Shown here: one piece after another, positions 13,177 to 25,750 of the stretch
How positions within the stretch are numbered: the stretch's first letter is position 1
How the letters are laid out: the number at the start of each line of letters is the position of its first letter
DNA from: Eledone cirrhosa
Lineage: Eukaryota
Reading direction: 5' to 3'
Assembly: GCA_964016885.1 (NCBI GenBank)
Contig: OZ024755.1
Span: 36,828,001-36,892,000 of the forward strand
DNA: 64,000 bases
The notes under the pieces: model-generated
The model's database searches: none
What the model was told of the DNA's origin: nothing
The model's input: only the letters and a program-made list of their open reading frames with translations
Translations under genes and position numbers: made by a program

Positions 13177-13860
13177 CTTCTTCTTCTTCTTCTTCTTCTT
13201 CTTCTTCTTCTTCTTCTTCTTCTTCTTCTTCTTCTTCTTCGCTCACTTATTCCTGTGAGGGTTGTCCTCAAACCCTCCCTCCACTGGGTCCTGTCAGAAA
13301 CAACCGTCTCCAGCTGATCTGAGTGGATCCCCAAGCGTGACCAGCCAAGCTCATGGATGTTATCCAACCATCTTGCTCGGGGTCTACCCCTAGGTCTCTT
13401 GCCAGTTGGTTTGTCCATAAAATCTGTCCAGCAATTCTTTACTGAGACATTCTAACCACATGTCCATAGTATCGGAGCTGTGATCTCTCAATTCGGAGAA
13501 GGAGTGGCTCTACCTGGAGTGACTCTCCAGTGATTCTTTCCTGAGACATCCTAACCACATGGCCATAGTATCGGAGCTGTGATCTCTCAATTCGGAGAAG
13601 GAGTGGCTCTACCTGGAGTGACTCTCCAGTGATTCTTTCCTGAGACATTCTAACCACATGTCCATAGTATCGGAGCTGTGATCTCTCAATTCGGAGAAGG
13701 AGTGGCTCTACCTGGAGTCACTCTCCAGTGATTCTTTCCTAAGAGATTCTAACCACATGTCCATAGTATCGGAGCTGTGATCTCTCAATTCGGAGAAGGA
13801 GTGGCTCTACCTGGAGTCACTCTCCAGTGATTCTTTCCTAAGACATTCTAATCACATGTC
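13177..13860 (-). mobile_element. RTE-clade LINE 3' fragment with (GAA)n tail and internal 99-bp tandem duplication
   Basis: VEPLLLRIERSQLRYYGHVVRM, PTGKRPRGRPRARWLDNI; (TTC)n at 13177-13240; about 4.3 x 99 bp at 13434-13860. Confidence 0.9.
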
Positions 13861-14006
13861 TATATTCGAATATTTAGTGTTGTTGCTGTTTTTGGTGCTG
13901 ATAATGTTTCTGCTTCTCATGGCCTGTTCACTTTACTACTGAAAACTCAGTCAATTACGCTTCGGAGAATCACCGACATAATGCGAAACTCATCCCTTCC
14001 AATAAT

Positions 14007-14195
14007 TTTGGTGGAGGGGAAAGTCAATTAAATCGACCCCAGTGCGTGACTGGTTCTTTATGTTATCGACCCTGTAAGGATGAAAGGCAAAGTTAACCTC
14101 GGCAGGATTTCAACTCAGATCATAAAGGGCCGTAACTCTGTGCTGCAAAGCATGGCGTCCGACTCTCTACTGATACTGCCAATCCACCACCCTAC
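14007..14195 (-). mobile_element. tRNA-derived SINE (main family)
   Basis: Family homology; direct repeat cccttccaataat at 13994-14006 and 14196-14208. Confidence 0.88.
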
Positions 14196-15030
14196 CCCTT
14201 CCAATAATGATATTGATTTGACTCCATTCGCAACACATTGAACATTAGCTAGTTATAAAATGAGTACTTACATAAAAGTATGTTATTTTCTTGTGCGAAG
14301 AAGAGTAAAATGTGATTCAAACAAGTAGAAATCTCGTGTCACACACAGGTGAAAAGCTAAACGAAGCAGGTAAGAAGCCATCACAAGTAGGTGAAAAGCC
14401 GTATAGGAAATCTGGCGGGGAGAGACAGAAAGAAGACAAATGGGCAATTATCTAAAGCGCTTGTTATTTTCTTTTGTCTAGTAAACAAGTAAAATATTGT
14501 TTTTCTCACTGCCAGTTCGAATTATAGATGTGGAGACAAATTTGTCTCTTTACTCAAGCAAATCCTTGCAGAAGTATTTCTCTTTGTAAAGGAAAAGAAT
14601 AGCTGTCTTTTTAAGAATTCATTCCTCTTTTGAGTAATCGCATAGAATTGAAAAGGAGAAAAAAAAAAAAAAATGCCAATACATATTAGTCTAAAGACAA
14701 TCTGACGAATGACAATGTTATATCTGAAAGGCTGGTTTGACTATCATAGGCGCTTATGTCGACGTTCCGATTTAGCCAATGGTAAATTCTAATTTGTTTT
14801 CTTTCTCAATTTCAAATCTGGCAGCTTAAATTTCGTCATTTAGCTGGAAACAAAACTGTAACCCTTTTGATATATCCCACTCAATAGGTTGACATTAATT
14901 TCTTTTAAATTGCTTTCCAACGGTTATTTATGTAAAGAAATAATATACATTGCTTATTCATAAGTAGTAGTTACATTTCCAAATTCTTCTTTTTCTGATC
15001 TTCATATCAATAAAACATGTTCTGTATTTA

Positions 15031-15116
<86 letters not shown>

Positions 15117-15129
15117 TGGCAATATTATT

Positions 15130-15183
<54 letters not shown>

Positions 15184-15225
15184 GATATATTAACAAATGG
15201 AAACTATATTTATAAAACCATATTT

Positions 15226-15288
15226 ATTTCATTATACATATTTCAAGGACACCAAGTTAAATTATGGTGCGCTTTCATCAGATAAAAT
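15226..15288 (-). ncRNA. Minimal type-I hammerhead ribozyme (mirror of 15411)
   Basis: Reverse complement of 15411-15473. Confidence 0.82.
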
Positions 15289-15410
15289 ATAATATAGATC
15301 AGTTTTATAAATAAATATTGACATACCCTTAGAGAATGCAACCATTTCTGTTGGAAGCTCCCGGATAGTGGGGTTATTCAATATTTATTTATAAAACTGA
15401 TCTATATTAT

Positions 15411-15473
15411 ATTTTATCTGATGAAAGCGCACCATAATTTAACTTGGTGTCCTTGAAATATGTATAATGAAAT
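15411..15473 (+). ncRNA. Minimal type-I hammerhead ribozyme
   Basis: attttat-CTGATGA-aagcgcacca taatttaact tggtgtcctt-GAAA-TATGTA-TA-atgaaat. Confidence 0.82.
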
Positions 15474-15635
15474 AAATATGGTTTTATAAATATAGTTTCC
15501 ATTTGTTAATATATCGTATTTTTACTCCAATTTACTGTTGAGTGCTTTATATCAGTTATAAAAATATTTGCTTGTTGTATCCCAATTTAAATAGAACTTC
15601 TACATATATATATATGTTATTAATTCTGGCAATAT

Positions 15636-15717
<82 letters not shown>

Positions 15718-15810
15718 AAGAGTGAAGGATAGCATGGTCGGGTGTACAAAAAGGGGTTTATTTACAGTATTACAACTAAGTCTTTAACTCCTTGTTTATA
15801 TATATATATA

Positions 15811-16295
15811 TAGTAATAATAATAAATTAGAAGACTAAAATCCAAAGAGGGCTCGATTAGGATAAATATATATCAAATATATAAGAACCGTAGTGCAAAT
15901 ATTTATTAAAATAACAGATTAAAGTTTAAGCAAAGAATCGCTGCTTTCACCCTTAACGGGATCTTCTGAAACTAACAAAGTCAATCTGTGAACGCAGAAG
16001 TAAATATTTAAAAAAACGTTGCAACCGGAGGAAGACAGGAAGACGATACTTCGGTTCGTGGAAACGTTCCCTGGCAAAGAACGGAAAAAAACGAATATAA
16101 TACGTTATTATTTGGAGCGGTGAAAAACAATTACACGCAAAGACAAAACCACGTTTATGGTATAAAAGAAGTAGTAGACTAATATTCTATTAGGTGGTTT
16201 ATGGAGATGTTCTCTGGCAATGAACGGAAAAAACGAAGATAATACGTCATATGTGGAACGGGGAGAACAATTGCACGCAAAGACAAAACGTTTGT
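15811..16295 (-). mobile_element. Interspersed repeat ending at (TA)n, with ~120-bp internal tandem unit (probable PLE pseudo-LTR family)
   Basis: Copies at 48433-48965, 58135-58250, 30950-31086, 3370-3443 and 49675-49755. Confidence 0.7.
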
Positions 16296-16344
16296 GGTTG
16301 ATTTGGTCGGTTGGAAGTGACCACAGCTTCATAAACTACAGTGG

Positions 16345-17851
16345 GTGTGTTGCATTGCTGTTGAAGGGGACACCCTAGCTTTTGACGGCAAAATTATAGG
16401 CACCAGTAACACCTTCAACCTGAAATCGAGAGCCTACCATCCTAAGGTAACTGAATTTGCTCCCTTCGAGGCAGACCTTCTTGACTTAGTCGCTAACATT
16501 TCCTTTCGAAAACACCCTAACACCTTTCAAACTAAACTTAGAAACGATATTAAGAAATTTAGGTCTTCTAATAACACTTTCGTTCTTTCTGACAAAACTA
16601 ATAATATTTACGAAGTCGACAACACTACTTACAGCCACCTGGCCCATAACGCTATTACTTCCAAATATAAGAAGGCTAACCCTATGGCCTACCATGACAT
16701 TAATACAGAAGCCAAAGACCTTGCCGCCGCTCTCAAGGTAGATAAGAAGCTAAATCTTTAGCTAAGCGGGAGGCATTCCTCACCCTGAAAGATCACAAGG
16801 TAGACTTTACTTCTAGTCCCACGTGTAGACTACTAAACCCGACATGCACGGATATGGGACTAGTCAGTAAGGCCATACTTAGAAACATAGTTAAGACCAT
16901 TAGGACCAAGTCCAACCTGTCCCAGTGGGAGAACAGCGACTCCGTAATTAAGTGATTTAACTCCTTCAAATCCAAAAAAGCGAAGTTCACGCAATTTGAT
17001 ATTGTAGATTTTTACCCATCGATCTCAGAGACCCTGTTAAACAAAGCGTTGAACTTTGCTACCACTTACACTACCGTCCATGTTTTAGACAGGGAAATAA
17101 TCGCTCATTGTCGGAAAACCCTCCTCTTCAACAACGGAGTAGCCTGGGCAAAGAAGTCAACCACTTCAGAATTATTCGACGTCTCCATGTGATCGTTTGA
17201 CAGTGCTGACGTATGCGACTTGGTTGGCCTATTTATTTTAGACATATTACGTGTTAGATTCCCGGACTTCCACACGGGAATATACCGCGACCTTATTGAG
17301 CCATAAAAGTGGTCATGACCTCGACCGGTTTAAAAAAGACTTAACTTTAACCTTCAATGAATTAGGACTTAGGATAACAGCAGCTACCAACCTCTCTAGC
17401 GTAGATTTCTAAGACATTAATTTAGACCTTCACACACACCTACAGACCCTTCCATAAGCTTAACGAACAATTCAATTACATTCACAAGGACTCACGCCAC
17501 CCTCCCACTGTTTTTAGAAACTTCATAAATAATATCAGTACTAGAATCTCTAACATCTCCTCTAATAAGGCTATCTTTGAAAGAGCGGCACCTTACTATA
17601 ACACGGCGTTATATAACAGCGGCTTCTCGCAACCTATCACTTACTCTCCCACTAACAAAAACAGCAATAAGAAAAGAAAGCGTAACAATAGACAAACTAT
17701 CTGGTTCTCTCCTCCCTTCTCACTCAACGTTAAAATCAATGTAGGAAAAATATTTCTAGCCCTCTTAGATAGACACTTTCCCATAGGTCACAAATACCGC
17801 TTCATCTTCAACAGACACAAAGTAAAACTAGGATACTCCTGTGCTAAGAAG
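16345..17851 (+). pseudogene. Penelope-like reverse transcriptase, with stops and frameshifts
   Basis: SDKTNNIY, QFDIVDFYPSIS (16992), LFDVSM*SFDSADVCDLVGLF (17172), GIYRD (17277-17291), YIHKDSRHPP, IWFSPPFS.NVKINVGKIFL. Confidence 0.9.
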
Positions 17852-18328
17852 ATGAAGGCCCACATCACCAACAGCCCTAAGAGCAACACCCCACCAGGGT
17901 GCTCTTGCCGAAAGCCTGAAGCTTGTCTCTTTCAACGGCAATGCAACACACCCGCTGTAGTTTATGAAGCAAATCAACCACAGGAGGTCAAATCCTATGT
18001 GGGTATGGCGGAGAGCCGATTTAAGGAACGGTCCCTGAACCATCAGTCGACCTTTAGGTACCCGGACAAACGATCATCCACGAAACTCGCGAGCCACGTA
18101 TGGTCCCTCACGGACTCAAGTATAGACTACTCCATTCAATGGAAAGCCATCACTAAGTCCAAGCCATACGCAAGAGGCAATCCGTCGTGCGGACTATGTT
18201 TTGATGAACGAATTAAAATTCTAAAGAGATTACGCAATAGTGATTGCCTAAAATCAAGGATTGAATTCTTCACACGTTGTCCATACGTCTGGAAAAACCT
18301 CTTACATAACTACAAAGCTCCAGATTGA
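17852..18328 (+). CDS. GIY-YIG endonuclease domain of the Penelope-like element (relic ORF segment)
   Basis: CSCRKPEAC..C..VVYEA..SYVGMAESRFKERSLNH..CGLC..E. Confidence 0.85.
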   Translation: MKAHITNSPKSNTPPGCSCRKPEACLFQRQCNTPAVVYEANQPQEVKSYVGMAESRFKERSLNHQSTFRYPDKRSSTKLASHVWSLTDSSIDYSIQWKAITKSKPYARGNPSCGLCFDERIKILKRLRNSDCLKSRIEFFTRCPYVWKNLLHNYKAPD

Positions 18329-18487
18329 ATTACAACAACATCCTAATTTTCTTATCAACTAGAAACTTTCGGACTTTCGTAGTTACACCTCTCGTATGCA
18401 ATTTTGTATTGCCTGTGTGAAGTGACCGTTTCTGCGCATGCACGTTCGTACGGTTGCCCTTCCTGTTCCGTATAACCATGTCCATTA

Positions 18488-18526
18488 CGAACTGAGGATC
18501 CGCTAAGGTGAAACAATTGTTCTCGG
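18488..18526 (+). ncRNA. Minimal type-I hammerhead ribozyme in PLE 3' region
   Basis: cgaa-CTGAGGA-tcc gctaa ggt-GAAA-CAATTG-TT-ctcg; homolog at 27630. Confidence 0.75.
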
Positions 18527-18624
18527 TATGGTGAACTAACTCTTGTGTAACCACTTCTACCTAACTCGTCCCATGGACTGAGAGCTCTACCATTACGGAT
18601 ATTACCTTCCAGTGTTCTACCCCC

Positions 18625-18684
<60 letters not shown>

Positions 18685-18870
18685 CTCCCTCTCTCTCTCT
18701 CTCTCTCTCTCACTCTCTCTCTCTCTCTATATATATATAAGCAATGAGTTTATTTTTTTTGCAAGGTTTTTGATATGAAATCGTGTGTCGAAACAAATAC
18801 TGTTATACTTGGGGAGGGTCATATTGTTATAATATTGCCAGAAATAATAACAATATGACCCTCCCCAAGT

Positions 18871-18917
<47 letters not shown>

Positions 18918-19077
18918 TACATATATATACATATATATACAAATATATATATATATACAATATATTAATAAATATATTGTATATATATATATCCAGGAAG
19001 TCTATCCAGGAAGCTCCAACCGTTAAGGCTGTCTTTTTTTCCGGGTATGTCAATATTTATTTATAAAATAAATCTGT

Positions 19078-19141
19078 ATTTTATCTGATGAAAGCGCACC
19101 ATATTTTGCCTTGGTTGCCCTTGAAATATATATAATAAAAT
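19078..19141 (+). ncRNA. Minimal type-I hammerhead ribozyme (15411 family)
   Basis: attttat-CTGATGA-aagcgcacca..tggttgccctt-GAAA-TATATA-TA-ataaaat. Confidence 0.8.
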
Positions 19142-19273
19142 AAATATGGTTTTATAAATATAGTTTCCATTTATTAATATATTGTGTATTTACTCCACTA
19201 CTCTGTTGAGTGCTTTATATCAGTTCTAAAAAATTTTAAGCTTGTTGACTCCCAACAAATTAAATATAACCTC

Positions 19274-19332
<59 letters not shown>

Positions 19333-20148
19333 TTAGGCATATGTATTTTCATACGTTATATATGTATATATATACGTTATATATGTATATACATACATAC
19401 ATATCTAGGCATATATATTTTTATACGTTTAATCGCAGAACAACCTAGATTCTTTTCTCTTGGGTGAATCTTCTTCTCGTTTTATATAGTGTTCTATACA
19501 CATATCGATCTAGTAATCATAAAACATCATGCTTATTGTTTTTAGTCGGAATCATTGTCTTAATTTAAATACATCGATTTCGTTGTTTAGATTAGAAATA
19601 CGTCTGTATATCTTTATGATCTATTTCATCTTTATCAAACTCATTTCTTCAAAGGTTTCAGTGTTTTTACGGAGTATTTTATATGCGAAAAAATCCTCGA
19701 ATTCTAGTATGTATTGTATCTCGTAGTTGTCTGAATGCATTTTTGAATGAAAAACATATGTTTCTTTCTCATATATACATATAGTGCTTAAAATATATAA
19801 GAGGTTATGAATAAGAATGTGTGATAGACAGTAACAAATTTGAATGTATGAGTAGGAAGATCGAAATATATTGCGGTTTTAATCATTGAAAATATGGTTT
19901 ATTATATTTACTGAAAACTATATTCATTCTCTTGAAAAAGAAGGAATGTATTGTTTTCCTTTCTTCAATAAACCAAACATGAAACCTGCAGTTTCAGGGG
20001 GGAAAAGAAAACATTAAAATTACAATAGAAAAATTTTAAGGTGATATATTATATACAAATATACAATGTATAATGTTACATCAGTGAAAGTTGTTTTAAA
20101 AAATATTATTCATATTCGGGTTTGATCGATGAGACACTCTTGTTTCAG

Positions 20149-20238
20149 GTTCCAGAATTGGAATGCAACACTTTACCACCAAAATATAGAGCACCAGTCG
20201 CAGCAACTCTGTGGCGGGGGTTTCTGTTTAATTTACGG
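20149..20238 (+). CDS. Candidate host coding exon (VPELECNTLPPKYRAPVAATLWRGFLFNLR)
   Basis: Acceptor ctcttgtttcag, 90 bp open in phase 0, non-repetitive; donor would be non-canonical GC (GG/gcatgt). Confidence 0.35.
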
Positions 20239-20317
20239 GCATGTGTTGCGAAGTGATTGTATGGAAGATATTTGACCGTTATTAATCAATGTTTCTATTT
20301 ATTTGGTTGTTTAATAT

Positions 20318-20437
20318 AATAATTGTTTCTACTTTAGGCACAAGGCCATCAATTACCCAGTACATTACTGGTACTTTATTTTATCAACTCCGTAAGGATG
20401 AAAGGCAAAGTTGATTTTGCCTTTCATCCTTACGGGG
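20318..20437 (-). mobile_element. SINE 3' part ending in a fold-back hairpin
   Basis: ccgtaaggatgaaaggcaaa gttgat tttgcctttcatccttacgg at 20390-20435. Confidence 0.8.
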
Positions 20438-20685
20438 TCATCACCCATAATAGGTCGAAAACTCCAGTCTCCGAATTAACGAATACATCGGGTCATAGCT
20501 CTCGAAAACTCCGTCAGTCATTCCCTGCATATGTCTTTCCTGCAGTGATATGTAACAATCTTAACAGCAATAGCATTCATCTCATCAAGCTCGGAGAGCC
20601 TGCAAAGGTTATAACCAATCTTCGTCCTCCTTACCTTTCTATCAAACCGCTTTTACAGCTTAGATAAACAACTATTTTTCATCAG

Positions 20686-20787
20686 ATTGACCTGGAGCAA
20701 GACACTTGCCCAAGACCTGAGACATTCCCATATGGTAGTGATACTATTTACATTCCATTTCACCAGTTACCAGAAAAACATGTACAG
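20686..20787 (+). CDS. Candidate host coding exon (IDLEQDTCPRPETFPYGSDTIYIPFHQLPEKHVQ)
   Basis: Acceptor atttttcatcag, strong donor CAG/gtaagg, 102 bp open, phase 0-0. Confidence 0.5.
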
Positions 20788-20906
20788 GTAAGGAATGAAA
20801 GGACAGATATATTTTTCAAGTATGGGGGCTGGAATTAGAGGTTAGCGCAGTGCATGTGAGTGTTTATAAAAAGGATGACGAGAAAAACTGAGAGGTGTAC
20901 TTGCTT

Positions 20907-22654
20907 AAATGTTAGCAGACGAGACAATGTAGCTTCAAGAGACATAGAGCAATATAATGGAAATGTTAGCAGACGAGACAATGCAGCTTCAAGAGACACA
21001 GAGCAATATAATGGAAATGTTAGCAGACGAGACAATACAGCTTCAAGAGACACAGAGCAATATAATGGAAATGTTAGCAGACGAGACAATACAGCTTCAA
21101 GAGACATAGAGCAATATAATGGAAATGTTAGCAGACGAGACAATGTAGCTTCAAGAGACATAGAGCAATATAATGGAAATGTTAGCAGACGAGACAATGT
21201 AGCTTCAAGTGACATAGAGCAATATAATGGAAATGCTAGCAGACGAGACAATGTAGCTTCAAGAGACATAGAGCAATATAATGGAAATGTTAGCAGACGA
21301 GACAATGCAGCTTCAAGAGACATAGAGCAATATAATGGAAATGCTAGCAGACGAGACAATGCAGCTTCAAGAGACATAGAGCAATATAATGGAAATGCTA
21401 GCAGACGAGACAATGCAGCTTCAAGTGACATAGAGCAATATAATGGAAATGCTAGCAGACGAGACAATGCAGCTTCAAGAGACATAGAGCAATATAATGG
21501 AAATGCTAGCAGACGAGACAATGCAGCTTCAAGAGACATAGAGCAATATAATGGAAATGCTAGCAGACGAGACAATGCAGCTTCAAGAGACATAGAGCAA
21601 TATAATGGAAATGCTAGCAGACGAGACAATGCAGCTTCAAGAGACATAGAGCAATATAATGGAAATGCTAGCAGACGAGACAATGCAGCTTCAAGAGACA
21701 TAGAGCAATATAATGGAAATGCTAGCAGACGAGACAATGCAGCTTCAAGTGACATAGAGCAATATAATGGAAATGCTAGCAGACGAGACAATGCAGCTTC
21801 AAGAGACATAGAGCAATATAATGGAAATGCTAGCAGACGAGACAATGCAGCTTCAAGAGACATAGAGCAATATAATGGAAATGCTAGCAGACGAGACAAT
21901 GCAGCTTCAAGAGACATAGAGCAATATAATGGAAATGCTAGCAGACGAGACAATGCAGCTTCAAGAGACATAGAGCAATATAATGGAAATGCTAGCAGAC
22001 GAGACAATACAGTTTCAAGAGACATAGAGCAATATAATGGAAATGTTAGCAGACGAGACAATGTAGCTTCAAGAGACATAGAGCAATATAATGGAAATGT
22101 TAGCAGACGAGACAATGCAGCTTCAAGAGACATAGAGCAATATAATGGAAATGTTAACAGACGAGACAATGCAGCTTCAAGAGACATAGAGCAATATAAT
22201 GGAAATGTTAGCAGACGAGACAATGCAGCTTCAAGAGACATAGAGCAATATAATGGAAATGCTAGCAGACGAGACAATGCAGCTTCAAGAGACATAGAGC
22301 AATATAATGGAAATGTTAGCAGACGAGACAATGCAGCTTCAAGAGACATAGAGCAATATAATGGAAATGTTAACAGACGAGACAATGCAGCTTCAAGAGA
22401 CATAGAGCAATATAATGGAAATGCTAGCAGACGAGACAATGTAGCTTCAAGAGACATAGAGCAATATAATGGAAATGTTAGCAGACGAGACAATGCAGCT
22501 TCAAGAGACATAGAGCAATATAATGGAAATGTTAGCAGACGAGACAATACAGCTTCAAGAGACATAGAGCAATATAATGGAAATGTTAGCAGACGAGACA
22601 ATACAGCTTCAAGAGACACAGAGCAATATAATGGAAATGCTAGCAGACGAGACA
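20907..22654. repeat. 54-bp minisatellite, about 32 copies
   Basis: Unit gytagcagacgagacaatgcagcttcaagagacatagagcaatataatggaaat; gives the 606-aa and 622-aa ORFs. Confidence 0.97.
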
Positions 22655-23491
22655 TCAACACCCAGAGGTATAGACTGTAATTTTTGTTTGTGAGGGAATT
22701 CATGCTAATCAGTTCGCGGCTTTGATAATTTTAGAATACTACGCAAAATATTAAGAAATAGTGAAGAAATATAAATTTAATTTAGTATATATTAAATAAA
22801 TTTGCATATCATATATAGTCATATCTTAATAATCACAATGGAATATGAAATATGCATGAATTCCATTTGACCACGACTGTGGTCTTGATTAGAAGACTCT
22901 AGTTGAATAAATATGAATCACCTATCTCTTTATTTGAAGATAACGCCAGTATATTTATTGCTCTTGGTAATTTAAATAAAATTTCGAAATTTAAACAAAA
23001 TTGCGTCTGACTAATACAAATGACACAACCATAAAAGTAAAAAAGATATACATTTTCTATATTAAAGATATTCCCAAATTCGCATATATTGATATTGAAG
23101 TTACAAGAGGACCTTGTTACAAAATACATGTTGATGACGAAAAAATGACATTGCAGTCTTGTTTGACGTAAGAATGTCGCACTGAAGCTCAAGATCAGAA
23201 GAACGTGGCAAGAAAGATCAAAAGATCAAAAGAACGTGTCCATAAGCAAGAAAGACTCGGCTGTGCTTGGGTGCACTTGGTGATCTAACATCAAGAACTG
23301 CCTATAACATGGCTGTTAACAACAGGTTTACAACGCTAAACTTGCTGGAAAAAGAACGACCACCGGTATGAAATATACACGGTTCTGAAATAGGTTATCA
23401 GGAAGACGGCAGAGGAGATTCAAGACAAGAAACTAAGACGCCAACAGAGCAATCTAGCTGAGACAAGGAGTGACAAGGCTACGCGACTTGA

Positions 23492-23642
<151 letters not shown>

Positions 23643-23720
23643 TACCAAATCAACTTTTTAAATGGAAGTTGCATTATTCTAAGGTATGTCAAAATTATTT
23701 ATAAAACAGCTTATATATTG

Positions 23721-23786
23721 TATTTTGTCTGAAGAAGGCATACCATATTTTTAATATGATATCCCAGAAATATATATAACGAAATA
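23721..23786 (+). ncRNA. Minimal type-I hammerhead ribozyme, weak stem II
   Basis: tattttgt-CTGAAGA-aggcatac..gatatccca-GAAA-TATATA-TA-acgaaata. Confidence 0.62.
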
Positions 23787-23914
23787 AATATGGTTTTATA
23801 AATATAGTTTCCATTTGTTTAATATCGTAAACCTACTCCAAAAACTGTTGAGTGCTTTTATATCAGTTATAAAATATTTACTCGTTGTAACCCAACAATT
23901 TTAAATAAATCTTT

Positions 23915-23965
<51 letters not shown>

Positions 23966-24059
23966 TAAAATATATATATTTACTCTTTTACTCTTTTACC
24001 TGTTTCAGCCATCCGGCTGAGGCCATGCTGGGGCACCGCCCTTGATATATATATATTCT

Positions 24060-24370
24060 TTTCCTGAGTTCAGGTTTTTTCGTTGCCATGGCAATGCGGC
24101 CAGACTGTCGGTCGCTATATTTGATTTGCAAAGCTGTCTAAACGTATTGTTATAACCGTGCCAGCAATGAAATCATATCCGCTCTCTTGCTCTGGAACCC
24201 TGACTCCAGCCTGACTAGGAGTAGGAAGCTGTCATTCCCTGACGTTATCTCTAGGGATACGGGAATCAGTAGACAGGACCTGGGGGCGGCGATGGGGGAC
24301 AGGGAATTCTGGGGCATGAGAGTGAGATCCATCATCTCGACAGTAGTCGACGAATGATGATGATGATGAT
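24060..24370 (+). mobile_element. RTE/RTE-X-like LINE 3' end with (TGA)n tail
   Basis: SALLLWNP...LSFPDVISRDTG...AMGDREFW then (tga)n. Confidence 0.7.
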
Positions 24371-24479
24371 TGTTATAACTCTGGGGTAATATTCTCCATC
24401 GAGTGCTAACCTGCATTTCCGAATCTGCATTAGTTAGCTTGGCCGCAGCCAAAAGCTTCGTTGATGCTGTACTAACATT

Positions 24480-24555
<76 letters not shown>

Positions 24556-24766
24556 TTTCTGAATTTGTTTAGCAAGATTCTTTATCTGAAATCGTGTGTT
24601 GAAACCGATATTGTTATACTTTGGGAGGGTCATGTTGCCAATAAGAAACACACGCACCAGTTGCTTTCACTTCAATTTAATTTAATATATATTTATAAAT
24701 TTACAAATTTATAAATTTCTGGTTGGTTGGTTGGTTCCACAACCAGATAGTTGTTTATATATATAT

Positions 24767-24811
24767 AGTCATAGTTCTTTCGTCACACACTCTGTGACCT
24801 CTTCAGTGACT
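24767..24811 (-). ncRNA. Minimal type-I hammerhead ribozyme (mirror of 26047)
   Basis: Reverse complement of 26047-26091. Confidence 0.87.
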
Positions 24812-25267
24812 GGGGATTTCTTTCTTCGTTTCTGTGCCTTTCCTTTCTTCTATCCTACGCCATTTTGTTTGTGTGTGGGTTGCGTGCTCAGTTTGCGCAT
24901 GCGCCACATCCGGGTGTCTGTGTGTGTTTGTGTTCATTTTTCTATTTTTATATTTATATTTGTTTGTTTATTTATTTATTTATTGTTGGTTGGTTGTTTG
25001 TTCTATGTGTGTGTGTGTTTTCATTTTGTCTTGTGTGTGTTTTCATTTTGTGTGTGTTTTCAATTGTAAGTTGTTTATATATGTGTGTGTGTGTTTTCAT
25101 TTTGTCCTTAATTGTAAGTTGTGATGTTGCTGTTCCACTCATATTTTCTATTTAATTTTGGTTTTAATTCTTTTATGCTTACTGCCTCTGTAATTTGCCT
25201 AAACATTGCGTCTTTCTTGTGTGTGGATTCTATTTTTATTTCTATGCTCTCTAATTTACCCCTGTGT

Positions 25268-25750
25268 TATATAAAGAAACATAATCTCAATATTAAGATA
25301 GTAGAAAGACCTGGTACCTCCGTAAAAACACTTATTAGCAAGACATACCCGTTCCAAAGACCCTCATGTATAGATAAGAAATGTATAACCTGTAAAATAA
25401 GCCCCCATATTAACTGTAAAACTAGAAATGTAGTATATAGCATAAGATGTACTGAGGGACAATGTAGAAACAAAAATATAGTGTACATAGGTGAGACAGC
25501 TCGTAGTATAGGGGAACGAATAAATGAACACTGGCGAGACCTCCAAGATAGTAAAGAATCATCTGTGCTCTACCAACATGCTAAGATAGAACACAGGGGT
25601 AAATTAGAGAGCATAGAAATAAAAATAGAATCCACACACAAGAAAGACGCAATGTTTAGGCAAATTACAGAGGCAGTAAGCATAAAAGAATTAAAACCAA
25701 AATTAAATAGAAAATATGAGTGGAACAGCAACATCACAACTTACAATTAA
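25268..25750 (+). CDS. GIY-YIG endonuclease C-terminal segment of PLE (no native start)
   Basis: C..CITC..NCKTRNVVYSIRC..C..VYIGETARSIGERINEH..E..I..LKPKLNRK.E; the track ORF's N-terminus comes from the inverted arm. Confidence 0.9.
   Translation, partial: YIKKHNLNIKIVERPGTSVKTLISKTYPFQRPSCIDKKCITCKISPHINCKTRNVVYSIRCTEGQCRNKNIVYIGETARSIGERINEHWRDLQDSKESSVLYQHAKIEHRGKLESIEIKIESTHKKDAMFRQITEAVSIKELKPKLNRKYEWNSNITTYN

Larger units (their letters stand above)
15181..15518. repeat. Inverted repeat, 141-bp arms, 56-bp spacer, carrying two opposed hammerheads
   Basis: Arms 15181-15321 / 15378-15518 are reverse complements. Confidence 0.92.
16345..18627 (+). mobile_element. Decayed Penelope-like retroelement (RT + GIY-YIG endonuclease + 3' pseudo-LTR with HHR)
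   Basis: RT motifs and C-terminal GIY-YIG in Penelope order; HHR at 18488; ends at (CT)n/(TA)n. Confidence 0.92.

Noticed and set aside
16950-17195. In-frame TGA codons in the PLE RT as selenocysteine
   Set aside because: They fall at expected Trp/Gly positions and co-occur with TAG/TAA stops and frameshifts, consistent with simple decay
20907-22654. CRISPR-like array
   Set aside because: Head-to-tail repeats with no spacers
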